A stretch of DNA of 64,000 nucleotides, taken from contig CAXBME010000009.1 in assembly GCA_963976765.1 (NCBI GenBank), positions 1-64,000 of the forward strand, in the 5' to 3' direction. The first letter of the stretch is position 1. Every line of letters begins with the position of its first letter. Shown here piece by piece: positions 19,801 to 30,200 of the stretch. Under the pieces are notes generated by a model, which was given only the letters and a program-made list of their open reading frames with translations, made no database searches and had not been told where the DNA came from. This stretch comes from an uncultured Planctomycetaceae bacterium. GTDB lineage: Bacteria; Planctomycetota; Planctomycetia; Planctomycetales; Planctomycetaceae. A program made the position numbers and the translations under genes.

Positions 19801-22800
19801 ATACTCTGCGAGCAGAGGTGCATGAGCCGACCCCATTCCCAGTTTCTCAGGTGAGGCGGACAGTCTTTCAGAATCGTGATGGCTGCGTCGAAGGCGTTCT
19901 CGCGAATCTTGGCATCGGCCAGACCGATCCTGGCAATGTAGGCCTGATATTGTTCCGCCTTCTGTGCGAGTTCCGCTTCTTCCCGTTTCTCATCGGCAAT
20001 GCCTTTCTGCTTGACGGCCTCTTTCTCGTTGTTAAGTGCGATCAGTTTTTGCTTCTGAGCTTCCGCTTCGCTGGCAATAGCCTTCTTCTCGTTTTCCTGA
20101 GCTAACAGTCGTTGCTCTGCCTCCTTCTTCTGAGCCAGCAAAGCCTCGTCTTTAGCCTTCACGGCCAGAAGGCGCTGAGCCGCTTCCTTTTTCTGAGCTT
20201 CCAGCGCGTCGTTCCTGGCGAGAACCGCCTTCATCTCGCTTTCCTTCGCTTTCTTCTCGTTGGCCTCAGCGAGTTGTCGTTGCACCGCTTCCTTTTTCTG
20301 AGCCTCTAAGGCATCGTTTCGAGCGATGAGGGCCTTCTTCTCATTTGCCTCAGCCAGCAATCGCTGCTCAGCTTCTTTCTTCTGAGCCAGCAACGCTTCA
20401 TCCTTCGCTTTCTCTGCGAGTTCACGTTGTTCGGCTTCCTGCTTCTGAGCTTCCAGGGCGTCATTTCGAGCGACGACGGCCTTCTGTTCATTGGCCTCAG
20501 CGATCACCTTTTGCTCTTTAGCGAGTCCTTCCTGACGTTTCGCTTCTTTTTCGCTCGCAACCGCGATCAGTCTTTGCTTAACGGCTTCTTCGCGTTCCAT
20601 GTAGGCCCAACCGGCGAGTCCTGACATCATGATCAACGCCGCGACGGTGCCGACCGTCATGATGCGTCGCAGTCGGGCGCGAGCCGCCTTCTGTTCTTCG
20701 AGCTGGCGTTCTCGAGCAAGTCCGATGTTTTTGGCGTCGAGCAACTCGTCGTAAAGCGCTTTGTGTTCAGGCAACTCGACATTCAGCAGCGACATCCCGA
20801 GGTCGAAGTCACCTTTTGTCTGAGCACACAATGCGTAGGCCAGTTTGGTATCGGTCAGACCCTTCCGAGCGTGCTTGTTCTTACCCCAGAGGCTCAATGC
20901 TTCTTCGTAGCCAAAGCGAGCTCGCGAGAAAAGGTCGTAGTCCTGCTTCGATTTGGCCTCTCGCAATTCTTCCAAAGCACGCAATGTCAGCGTGATACTT
21001 TCAGTGTGAGACTCGTATTCCCGAATCGCTGCCTGGAACTCCTCGACCGACTGGTATCGGTCTTCCAGTTTCGACGCCATGGCTTTCATGGCAATGCTCG
21101 TGAGTTCGCCAGACGGGTCGCAGCGTTTGGCTCGTTCAGTGTCGGCTTCCCGAATCTTGTTCCGAGCTGCCGACATCAGACACTTCATCGCGTTCTTGCC
21201 AGCGTGTGGTGGCTTGCCCGTGACGATTTCAAACAGGATCGCCCCCAGAAGATAGACGTCGCTGCGTGGCCCGATTTTCTTGATCGGACCGGTGGCCATT
21301 TCCGGTGCCATGTAGGCGGGAGTTCCGCCCATGCTGGTGCTTTCGGTGATGCTTGCAGACTTGCGGAAACCCTCCGTTGAATAGGCGAGCCCCCAGTCCA
21401 TCACCAGGACTTCGTTGAACGCACCGAGCATCACGTTCTCAGGTTTGAGGTCACGATGAACAACACCGCGAGCATGAGCAAAGCCGACAGCGTCGGACGT
21501 TCGCATCAGAATGTCGAGGTTCTCTTCCAGCGATTTATCCAGAATGACGTCGAGCCACGGAGTTCCTTCGACCTTTTTCATCGCGTAGAACAGCGCGTCG
21601 TCCGGACTTGCTCCGACGTCGTAGATCGGGACGATGTTCGGATGATCGAGGTCGCCGGTGACGACAGCTTCGGTCAGGAACTTCGCGCGTTGTTCCGGAT
21701 CTTTCGCTGTCTTCGGCTTGAGCATTTTCAAAGCGACTTCACGGTCAATCGACCGCTGACGCGCCATAAACACCAGCCCCATACCGCCTTCACCAAGCTT
21801 TTTCAGCAGCTCGTACTCGGGCTCTTTCGGCTCGGGAAACGGAAAACCCTTCTTGTAATCACGGATGTTTGTCGTACTGAGTTTCTTCTCGGTAATCACC
21901 AGCGTGTGGTTCGGGCTCGCCTTCTGATAATCAGACGACTTGATCGTCATGTCCGGTCGATCGACCGGAGCTTCCATCTGGTCCGCGCCCCACGCGTCGG
22001 CCATCGTTCGACGATCTTCTTCCGACAGATCGCTCGTCGCGATGGTCTGCGAGAAACTCTGATCCGCGTCGTGCTCTCCAGACTGGATGGTCGCTCCGAA
22101 GCTGTCGTCGTCAAAGGCGCCACCTGCAATCGAAGGATCAGACTGAATGGTCGCACCAAAACTGTCGTCGTCGTCCGAAGGTAATCCGTGATCATCAATC
22201 GCGACGGTTTGTGAAAAACTTTCGTCACTGTCGCCGGTGCCGTCAGCTTTGGACCACTCGTCCGACTGGATGGTCGCCCCAAAGCTATCGTCATCAGATT
22301 GCCCGGATGGGTCCAGGGCGCTCAGCCCTTCAGCGGACCACTTTTCGTCCGACTGAACCGTTTGCGAGAAGCTCTCATCGTCAAGCGACGCATCCTGGAG
22401 TGTCTGATTGGGATCGTTGAATTCATCCGAGTCACCCATCGACCAGCCATCGTTAGACTGAATGGTCTCGCCGAAGCTGTCGTCGTCACTGTCCGTCGTA
22501 TTGACCGTTCTCCCGGCATCATCCTGGACCGTCTGAAACCCGTCGCGGAGTTCTTCTGACAGGTCTTCTGACTGAATGGTCGCGCCGTAACTGTCGTCAT
22601 CATCGTCGTCGTCGAGTCTTTGCGTGGCGGAACCATCGCTAAGATTAACCGCCTCGATTTCTTTTGATTCGACAGTCGCGCCGTAGACACTGTTGTCGTC
22701 GTCTTCGCTGAAACCTTCAGGGTCGATGACCTGACTGAAATCGGCAGACTCCATCGCGCTCCGGTCGCGAGGTTTAACATCGCCGGTTTCGAGTGCACTT

Positions 22801-24098
22801 AAACCTTCCGCCCAGGCGTCGGCAATCGATGCGTCTTCCGATGCACCTTCGCTGACGGCTTCATCAAGACCCTCGTCATCCATCGCTGCGATGTCGGCTG
22901 GCACATTCTGCACGGTCGCACCGGCATCGTCAGACCAGTCGCCTGCTGAGTCATCGCCTTCGGGCAGTTGATTGTTCTCGCCGTGGTCAGTGTCGTCGTC
23001 GCCGAAGTCTTCCGCAGAATTCAGTGAGACCGGAATTTCGGGGAGTGTCGCGGCCGCCGTGTCGTAGTCCGCATCGTCAGCAATCGATTCTGAAGCCGGC
23101 TTCAACGCTTTTGCGGATTTGGCTTCAGCGATGATTCGACTCAGCACACGACCGCTTCCGTCGTCGGCTCGCCCCAGCTTCACCAGCAAGGTCGACGACA
23201 ATCTCGGCGCGGGTTCGCCAGTGTCGCTCGGAGTGTCTTCGGCGGCGAGTCTTGCCAGTACCGCCGGGTCCAGCTCACTAAGCGTGGTCGCTGCGTCGAT
23301 TGGCATTTCAATGACGGTGCTGAGTCCGCCGGGGGTCAGATCGGAGATCGCAGCCAGCAGTTCGGCTGGCATTTGCCGGACGGTATCCAGAAGGTCAGGG
23401 TCGAATTCGGCCAGAGTGGCGATCGACTCTGCTGGAAGTTCGGCCAGCGTCTGAATCGCACCGGGCGGCATTTCACTCAGAGTCGCCAGTAACTTTGGAT
23501 CGACGTCCTGACTTCCGTCGGCGGACGAAGCGGCAAGCTCATCGAGGTTTCTGGGAATTTCGTCCAGTGTCTCGGACGTTGCAGCAAACGCGTCGGGAAG
23601 TTGCTTCAGTAATTCGGGCGGCAATTCCATCAGACTGTTGAACACGTCTGCCGGCAACGCCGCCATCACATTCAACATCTCTGTCGGAACGGATTTCAAA
23701 GTACGCAACGGCTGTGACGAATTGCCAGCGACAGAGATGAACTGCGCCAGGACATCCGGATTCAATCCGGATTCGCTTCTCGAAGAAGCTCGACCCAGCC
23801 ATTCGAGCATCTCGGGCGGCATTCCAGCCAGGCCACCCAGCATGTCGACAGGCAGACGAGTCAGTTGGTCGACAGCTTCCGGCGAGAGCCCTGCCAGTTG
23901 GCGGATGAACTCCGGAGGAAGTTTCCCCAAAGAGTCCAGTACGTCCGTCGGCAATTCACCCACGATACGAGCGATTTCGCGAAGGTCGTCATTTGAAACA
24001 TTGTCGTTGCCACTGTCATTTGTCATGACCGTACATTCCCGTTTCTGAGTGATCCCTGAGTCCGACTGAGCGGACGACAAAGACCGAATCTGTTGCAT
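16881..24098 (-). CDS. Membrane Hanks-type Ser/Thr protein kinase with N-terminal repeat regions, heptad stalk and 21 WD40 repeats
   Basis: Kinase motifs LGEGGMG, VALK, HRDLKPEN, DWG and GTPAYMAPE. TM helix IMTVGTVAALIMMSGLAGWAYM follows RARLRR, then GH...WD repeats run to the C-terminus. Alternative start at 24026. Confidence 0.93.
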   Translation of the reverse strand: MQQIRSLSSAQSDSGITQKRECTVMTNDSGNDNVSNDDLREIARIVGELPTDVLDSLGKLPPEFIRQLAGLSPEAVDQLTRLPVDMLGGLAGMPPEMLEWLGRASSRSESGLNPDVLAQFISVAGNSSQPLRTLKSVPTEMLNVMAALPADVFNSLMELPPELLKQLPDAFAATSETLDEIPRNLDELAASSADGSQDVDPKLLATLSEMPPGAIQTLAELPAESIATLAEFDPDLLDTVRQMPAELLAAISDLTPGGLSTVIEMPIDAATTLSELDPAVLARLAAEDTPSDTGEPAPRLSSTLLVKLGRADDGSGRVLSRIIAEAKSAKALKPASESIADDADYDTAAATLPEIPVSLNSAEDFGDDDTDHGENNQLPEGDDSAGDWSDDAGATVQNVPADIAAMDDEGLDEAVSEGASEDASIADAWAEGLSALETGDVKPRDRSAMESADFSQVIDPEGFSEDDDNSVYGATVESKEIEAVNLSDGSATQRLDDDDDDDSYGATIQSEDLSEELRDGFQTVQDDAGRTVNTTDSDDDSFGETIQSNDGWSMGDSDEFNDPNQTLQDASLDDESFSQTVQSDEKWSAEGLSALDPSGQSDDDSFGATIQSDEWSKADGTGDSDESFSQTVAIDDHGLPSDDDDSFGATIQSDPSIAGGAFDDDSFGATIQSGEHDADQSFSQTIATSDLSEEDRRTMADAWGADQMEAPVDRPDMTIKSSDYQKASPNHTLVITEKKLSTTNIRDYKKGFPFPEPKEPEYELLKKLGEGGMGLVFMARQRSIDREVALKMLKPKTAKDPEQRAKFLTEAVVTGDLDHPNIVPIYDVGASPDDALFYAMKKVEGTPWLDVILDKSLEENLDILMRTSDAVGFAHARGVVHRDLKPENVMLGAFNEVLVMDWGLAYSTEGFRKSASITESTSMGGTPAYMAPEMATGPIKKIGPRSDVYLLGAILFEIVTGKPPHAGKNAMKCLMSAARNKIREADTERAKRCDPSGELTSIAMKAMASKLEDRYQSVEEFQAAIREYESHTESITLTLRALEELREAKSKQDYDLFSRARFGYEEALSLWGKNKHARKGLTDTKLAYALCAQTKGDFDLGMSLLNVELPEHKALYDELLDAKNIGLARERQLEEQKAARARLRRIMTVGTVAALIMMSGLAGWAYMEREEAVKQRLIAVASEKEAKRQEGLAKEQKVIAEANEQKAVVARNDALEAQKQEAEQRELAEKAKDEALLAQKKEAEQRLLAEANEKKALIARNDALEAQKKEAVQRQLAEANEKKAKESEMKAVLARNDALEAQKKEAAQRLLAVKAKDEALLAQKKEAEQRLLAQENEKKAIASEAEAQKQKLIALNNEKEAVKQKGIADEKREEAELAQKAEQYQAYIARIGLADAKIRENAFDAAITILKDCPPHLRNWEWGRLMHLCSQSIGTFDNKAPVDAIALAPGGKQFVTGGWNGSATIWDLESGRQLKQLHHDGLYIYSVDWSGDGKWIATGSNDAVNGYVQVWNAETGERVSQKFGNNTNEATSHTDAVLSVHFSKVSQGSQKLLTTSYDNTARIWNVATGQQNRRFLGHNWWVWDAQFSPDEKKIVTVSQDGTAIVWDVTTGEPGAPFTGHDGPVYSAAFSSNGDAVVTGGYDKRVLVWRPSDVRPYDFTRLTSKNGSVVPPPKFRSLDGHEGPVRAVAFSQDGSRIISGSQDNTIRLWDSEGGQLLKSFRGHDGAVRTVAFAQSDQVILSGSHDNSIRKWNISEYEEIRVLQGQVLEGHVDAILSAGFSPDGERIVTASRDRTARTWETVTGQPLKVFAEGHSFLATSAAFFPGGKRLATGAVDNTVRIWDVDSGTQLVRLEHTGRAAALTVSNNGKWAVTGGDDNSARIWNAETGELAFVFKGGENSKGHNNEVTAVAISANDQQLLTGDSSGRVFIWDVKSQKVILELKGHARSRITGAAFLPGTNRVLTACADKTVAQWDLTTGREIPELILSHPDSVVAMSLRPNSHQVLTACGDGSVRLWDADTAKVVADFNRGDAKVTDVAINADGTKGLAVDANGRKAFVFSLENGQPSIDPDQTYVSEGQLWSAIFAPVKNDLAIVALGGSDAKLIGLKSVRRKSDETLVAFSPHGVIASASYSPDGSQIVTGSWDFSARIWDASTGADLRKLAGDNGHAGFVNSAVFSPDSAGRWVLTGSDDGTAKIWDARTGVVLTTLIGHEDRVRHATFSKDGSLILTSSNDRTARIWKLKETAQADGSVSLEAAVSQIFNGHEWAVLSAEFSDDGKFVITASEDNTARIWDATNGTELSVLAGHTARVTSVAFAPGENPTRAVTASQDGAVKLWDTKENKEILTLDGHTREVTSVVFSPDGKYVLTASEDGRAILWLTTPWESAPDKPKMAEIVRESVASGAE

Positions 24099-24243
24099 AG
24101 CGGCCTGGCTCGATCATGAACCGAGGTCGCCACCATGCGGATGTGTGTCAGTCGTCTGTGTGGTTGTTCAATTCTCGCCATCCCTGACTGCATCCAGAAT
24201 TCAGCAATCGACAGTCCCTTGCCGATGAACACCCTCCTCTTAT

Positions 24244-27200
24244 CTAACTCTTCCTGTCGCGATTAACCTTGTCCCATTGAGCCATCGTGTCGTCGACTCG
24301 ATCTTCCCAGTTGTTCTGTTTCCGTTTTGACAGGACCGAACCAGCCGCCAGAAGCACACTCGCAGCAACTGGATGCATCGTCGCCATCGACTCAGATGAG
24401 TTATCATTCCTGATGACCTCTTCATCTGCAGATTCAACACTGTCAAACGGTTGAGTAATATCGTCGCTCAACCGAGCCATCATGCCGATTCGATCGGACG
24501 CGTCGCCAGTCGCCGCACCAGGCCGTTGTCCCCAGTGCGACCATGCCTGTTCGAACCCGTCGGCCTGGCGGTCTGTCTGCATCGAGCCGCTGGTACCAAG
24601 AGCCGACACTTTACGGCTGATGCCTGGCGTGGCTTTTTCTGAGGTCTCTTTCGCCGGACCTTGCTGCGCTTCTTCTTCCGCCGCTGGAAGGTTGACCGGT
24701 TTTTTCAGGCTGGTCGGCGGACGATCCCGAGCGCCGGCTTTGTCATCAGCAGGTCGACCATCTCGAATGGTGACATCCATGACGAAGCGTTTGTCTTTTT
24801 CCCCTGGCTCCTGCAACCAGATCTGGTACTGGCCATCCGGCAGTTTTTCGAAGACCAGCTTCGGCAGATTGTCCAGAACTTCTTCGTCCAGCGGCACTTC
24901 TTCAACAACTCGCATGACTCGGAAGCCGCCACCCGACAGCGGACTGTAAACAAGATTGTCCGCAACGATTGCCGGAACCCTGGCCACGGTTTCTCCCGTT
25001 GGCCGCAGGACTTTCAACCAGACAACTCGCTCGGTCGCCGCTGTCTCATCTGATTGACGTGCCTGGTTTGTCGCGCCGCCGTCATCGTCTTTCTGAGTGA
25101 TTGTCGTAACGAACGCTTCGAGGACTTCCACGACCTTTGGAAACTCAAGCGTTGGTACTTCAGGAGAAAGGTCGAAAACAAATCCGGCGGTTGAGCTGTC
25201 AACTCCGCTGCCCGGTACGTTGGCGGTAACACTGGCGTCAACCGAATTTGGCTGATCAGCCAGATTGAGATCAAAAGCCACTTTGGCGGCTTCCTCGAAC
25301 TGGAAGTCGACAATGGCGGGCAATCCTGTCGTCAGATTTGTGGATGCACCAAACGGGTTCGGCTTGACGGTGTTGAATGCCGGATTTCGAATTCCGTCAA
25401 TCTGCTCACCAGGCATTGATGGAGCACGGTACGTGTCGACTCGCGCGCCCAGTCCCGTGCCGAACTCACCCAGGTTGGCCGCGTCCAGGTCCGGAGACAA
25501 CAACTCGCTGATCAGGAACTGATCCGTGTTGGCGAGGAACGACGTCGATTCTGGAGTCTCACCGCCCAGCAGTTCCGTTGAGTTGTCGTATGCGGCGATT
25601 CTGTCGTTCGCATCGACCTGAACGATGTTCGGATCACCTTGCAGGAAGACTCGGATCTGAATCGGCGATCCGGGATTTTCGGGATCGGGCAGGTTGCTTC
25701 CGTCGTAGAAGTGTTCGAAGAAGAACGTACGCGACGTGGTAACGCCCATTGGATCATCGGCCGGATCGATAATCGTTTCGCCAGTGGCCAGCGTACCGCT
25801 CATCGGGTTAACAATCTCCGGCAGTGCGTCACCGGTTGCTCCTGTCAGATGGCGGAACGAAAACGTGTCGTCGCCCCAGGCAACCAGCAGTCGGAAGTTG
25901 ACTTCAGAATCCAGTCCGCCCGTCATCGCCGTATCGAGGGTTCGCCCGAAACGACCTGAAATTCTGGCGTAGCCATCCGATCGAACCTGGTCCGTGACGA
26001 AAGTTTCCTCAACCAGCAGCGGTTCAAAATCAGCGATCACACCAGAGTTCGACAGGATTCGATTATCGACAACGTTGCCGGTCGCCGGATCGATCTGGTG
26101 CACGATGTTGGTCGCCAGCAACGCTCCGGACTCAAGCACCAGGTCCGTCGCGTCCGGCCCCTGCGTGTAACGAATCTGACGGTTGGTCTGGAAGTCGGTC
26201 TCGCGATGAGCCTGACTGATGACCGACGTGTCGGCCCCGGATGCGGCGTCTTCGAGCAGCGAACCCGTTTGAATATCAAACAATTCCGAGTTGTTACCAA
26301 TTGTCAGCACGTTGCCCGCGTTCAGATCGATGTTGCCTGCTCGGTCCCGCAACGTGACGGTCGATCCAATTGCGGTCAGCAGGTGAGACTCCAGAGTCAG
26401 ATCATCGCCCGCGTTCAGCAGCAGCGAACCGGTGCCTCGCATCGCTTCTACCGGAGCGAAGATCTGCAGGTCGTCACCGGCACCCGCCGAGTCAGTCGCC
26501 GTCAGAATGACGCTGCCGCCGGCTGAATTGCGAACTCCTTCGGCAGAATTCGGAGCGGCCTGAGAGCTGACATCAATCGGGCTGGCGTTTGTGATCCAGA
26601 TCACGCCGCCGTTGGGGCCGTCGGCGACCGTGTCATCAGACGCGTCGTCGTCGTCGTTGGTGATGCCCGACAGGCCGTCGACCGTCCCGATTGTCAGCAA
26701 GCCTCCGACCGTATTTGAAATCTGAATGTCACCCGACGTGCTGTTTGACGCTGCAATCAGCCCGACCTGCGTGTCGATCGCGGATGCTTCGATTTTCGGA
26801 TCCGTCGCCGATGGAAGATCCGCAGCCGCGACGTTCAATGCCGGGTCGGCCAGTCCGTCGTCGCCAATACCCGTCGCCGCTCGCAGTGCAGCGTTTCGAG
26901 CAACGATGTCGGCGCCGCCGGTATCGCCGTTGTCAATAATCGCTCCGGCGTCTGACTGCACCGAGATCAGGCCATCCACCGAACTAGTCACCAGCCGACT
27001 GAGTCGAATATCGCCTTCTGCCCGTAGTCGAATATCAGCGTTGCCGCCCGTTGCCAGCACCGTCCCATCCGCCAGCGTGATGGAAGCAGCGGCCTGAACA
27101 TCAGCCGTTGGATCCGTCGTGGGCGAGAATCGAATCTCGTCGTTGGTCGTCGTGATGTTCGCGTTAACGACGACGTCTCCGGTGCCATCCTGCACGAACG

Positions 27201-30200
27201 TGTTATCGACCGTGAACGTGGCACCGGCGGCAATGGTCAGCGTTCCGCCCTGATTGGTCAGGAACACGCGAGCGTCGCCCGTCGTCGTGACGGCACCGTT
27301 GAACGTAATTCCTGACGTGTTGATGTCGACACCCGCCAGCAGCAGGTCTGTCGTGTTAAGCGTTCCGTTGAACGTCGTCGTGCCGGTACCGTCTGTCTGG
27401 GCGAACGTCGTTGTCTCGACCGCCTGCTGAGCCGTCACATCCGCAGCCGACATGACGGTGATGTCGTCGAACCGCAAAGTCGTTGTGCCAACAACATCGC
27501 CGAACACAATATTGCCCGTGCCTGCGGTCAGGGTCAGATCAACGGTCTCGTTCGCTTCCGGAAGCAGATCATCTTCGAAGGTCACATCGCCGGCGGCAGC
27601 TCCCGAGCTGATTCGGACGTCAGAACTGTCGAGCGTCACCACGCCGTTGAACCGCGAACTGTTACCGTCAGTCGTCCATTCAAAGACGTTGCCGGCACCC
27701 GGACCAGCATTGAGCGAAATTCCGCCAGTAATCGCCGCCAGACTTCCGATATCGCTGTCGCCGTTTGTCCGCACGATGTCCACCGATCCGGCATCGCCAT
27801 TCACCGCTTCAACTTCCGCCGTCCCGAAGAACACACCGCCGTCGGCCTGCTCAACAATCACGCCGCCGACCGCAGACGTTTCCCCGATATTTTCGTTGAA
27901 CAGAACCCTCGCCGTTCCCGCATTAATCGTCAGCGAGTTGCTTTCTCCAGCCTGCCCGTCGATTGAGGCATCATTGGTGAACGTCACGTCGGCATTGACG
28001 GTATCAATATTGACACTTGAGTTCAGCGTCACTGGCCCGTTGAGTCGAACGGTGTCGGAAGAAGTCTGGAAACTGATGCCGACAACGGCTCCGTTGAGAA
28101 TAATGCCACCCGTGATGACGTCGTCGTCGGTCGTGCCCGAGCCAATGTCGATCGCGCCGTCGGTCGCGACACTGGCAACCGGCCCCGCAGCGCCCGTCGT
28201 GGCCGTATCGGCGGCCCCGAACGTGACTCCACCAGCGGCTCGGTCAATGGTCAGGTCGTTGATCCGCTGCGTGTTGCCGATGCTGGCGTTGAAGAAGACA
28301 GCTCCGTCGCCAGCGTCCAGAAACAGGTCGTTGCGTTCAATCGTGGTGCCCAGCGGTGCAGCGGTCGTACCGTCGCCCGAGTCGATCGTTGAATCGCTCG
28401 TAAACGTGATGTCGCCACCGGCGTCGCCCGTGTCGATGCTCGCGTTTGACTGAAGAACAACCGCACCGTTGAGCCGCACATTGTCGCCCGTCGTCTGGAA
28501 CGCGATCCCTGACGCGCCGCCGTTGAGCACAATCCCGCCAGCGATCGCGTTCGTCGAGCCGATGTTGATTGCGTCGTTGGTCGAGACAGTGTTGACCGGT
28601 CCGGTAGATCCATCGCCGGGCGTTTCGGCGTCCGCTTCACCGAACACCACACCGCCGTCCGCCCGAGTGATCGTCAACGCGCCGAGGGACTCGGTCGCTC
28701 CGATGTCCTCGTTAATGAAAACCGAACCGGTTCCGGCGGTGAGCGTCAGGTTGTTCGACTCACCAGTCTGCGAATCAATCGGCGAGTCGTTCGTAAACGT
28801 GACATCGCCGTCACCCGCTCCGGTCGTGATTTCGACCGAGCTGTTCAGCACAACCGCTCCGTTGATGCGAACATCATCGCCCGTTGTCTCAACCAGCAAC
28901 GTATTGGTCACGTCCGGGCCGCCGTTGAACACGATTCCTGAGCCACCAATCGTTGTCACGCTGCCAACATCCAGAGCACTCAATGCTCCGTCGCCGACGA
29001 GGCTGATCACATTGACCGGGCCGCTGCCGCCAGTACCCGGTGTTTCCGTGTCAGCAACTCCGAATGTGACTCCGGCGGTCGCTTCTTCGATAACCAGTCG
29101 CCCCAGTTCCGAACCAGCAGCGGCATTGCCGATGTCTTCGTTGAAGAGAATCTGAGCCGTGCCGGCGTCGATGGTCAGGTCGTTCCCTTCAGAAGCCTGC
29201 GAGTCGATCGGCGTATCGCTGGTAAAGGTAACGGTTGCTCCACCGGTCGACGCGGCGGCTGTTTCGTCGGTGTCGATCCGCAGATCCGTATTGAGCGTGA
29301 CGGCTCCGTTAAGACGGATCGTGTCAGATGTTGTTTCGATCGTCGTCGTTGAGGCGACGCCGTCGAAGGTGATGCCGCCGGCCCCGATGGTCGTCGCGCT
29401 GCCGACGTCAATGGCACCGTCCGTCCTGATCGACGAGACACCATCGTTATTGCCAAACGTCACTTCAACGGCTGAGGTAATCGTGAGCGTGCCGAGCATC
29501 AGATCATCGGTACCCGCTCCCGTTGACGCTCCAACATCGCCATCGAAGACAACTTCTCCGGTGGCAGCGGTCAGGACCAGGTTGTTGTGTTCGTCAATCT
29601 GACTGTCGAGTGTGCTGTTGAAGTTGATGCTCGACGCACTGGTATTCGTGACAGAAATGCTTCCGGTCAGCAGAACGGAGTCGTTGAACGTGATAGCTCC
29701 GTTGTCGACGGTGACGTCGGCTTCAAGTTCGGTCGAACCGGCCTCGCTGGTCGTGAGACTTTCCAAAGCGGAAGCTCCACCGACTTCGGCATTGAATCGC
29801 GTCACACCGTCGGCGTTCACGATCACATCCGAACCCGTCGCCAATGCCAGTTCGTCCACAGTAGAGAAGAAGGTAACGTCGTTCCCAGCCGTCACTGTGA
29901 TGTCAGCAGAAATGTCGACAGCGTCCTGGAAGGTGATATCTGTCCCGGCATCGACGTTGTCATTCAGCACCGTTCGGTCGGTGGCATCAATGTTGATTGA
30001 ACCGTTTGTAGCCAGCAGTTCTCCGGCGACCAGAATGTCCGCTCCGGCTGGTGATGCCGCGCGGCTGGTCAGAGAAATATCCCGGTTGGCGACAATCTGA
30101 TCCGCAGCTCCGTCATTCTGAATTTCGATGCTGTCCAGAGCGCCGGCTCCGTTAGTAACGAAGAGGTCGGACCCGGTGAGCGCGACATCACGACCGGCGA

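Noticed and set aside
21385..21410. DWG instead of DFG as a sign of a pseudokinase
   Set aside because: The Mg-binding Asp and the other catalytic motifs are intact, and DWG is a known variant in active kinases.
22030..22700. CRISPR-like repeat-spacer pattern (GACTGxATGGTCGC recurrences)
   Set aside because: The repeats are in-frame coding motifs with synonymous variation and irregular spacing, and there are no cas genes.
24244..26000. CdiA/polymorphic toxin tip with downstream immunity gene
   Set aside because: No VENN, Hint or recognisable toxin domain, and the next gene is a large kinase, not a small immunity ORF.
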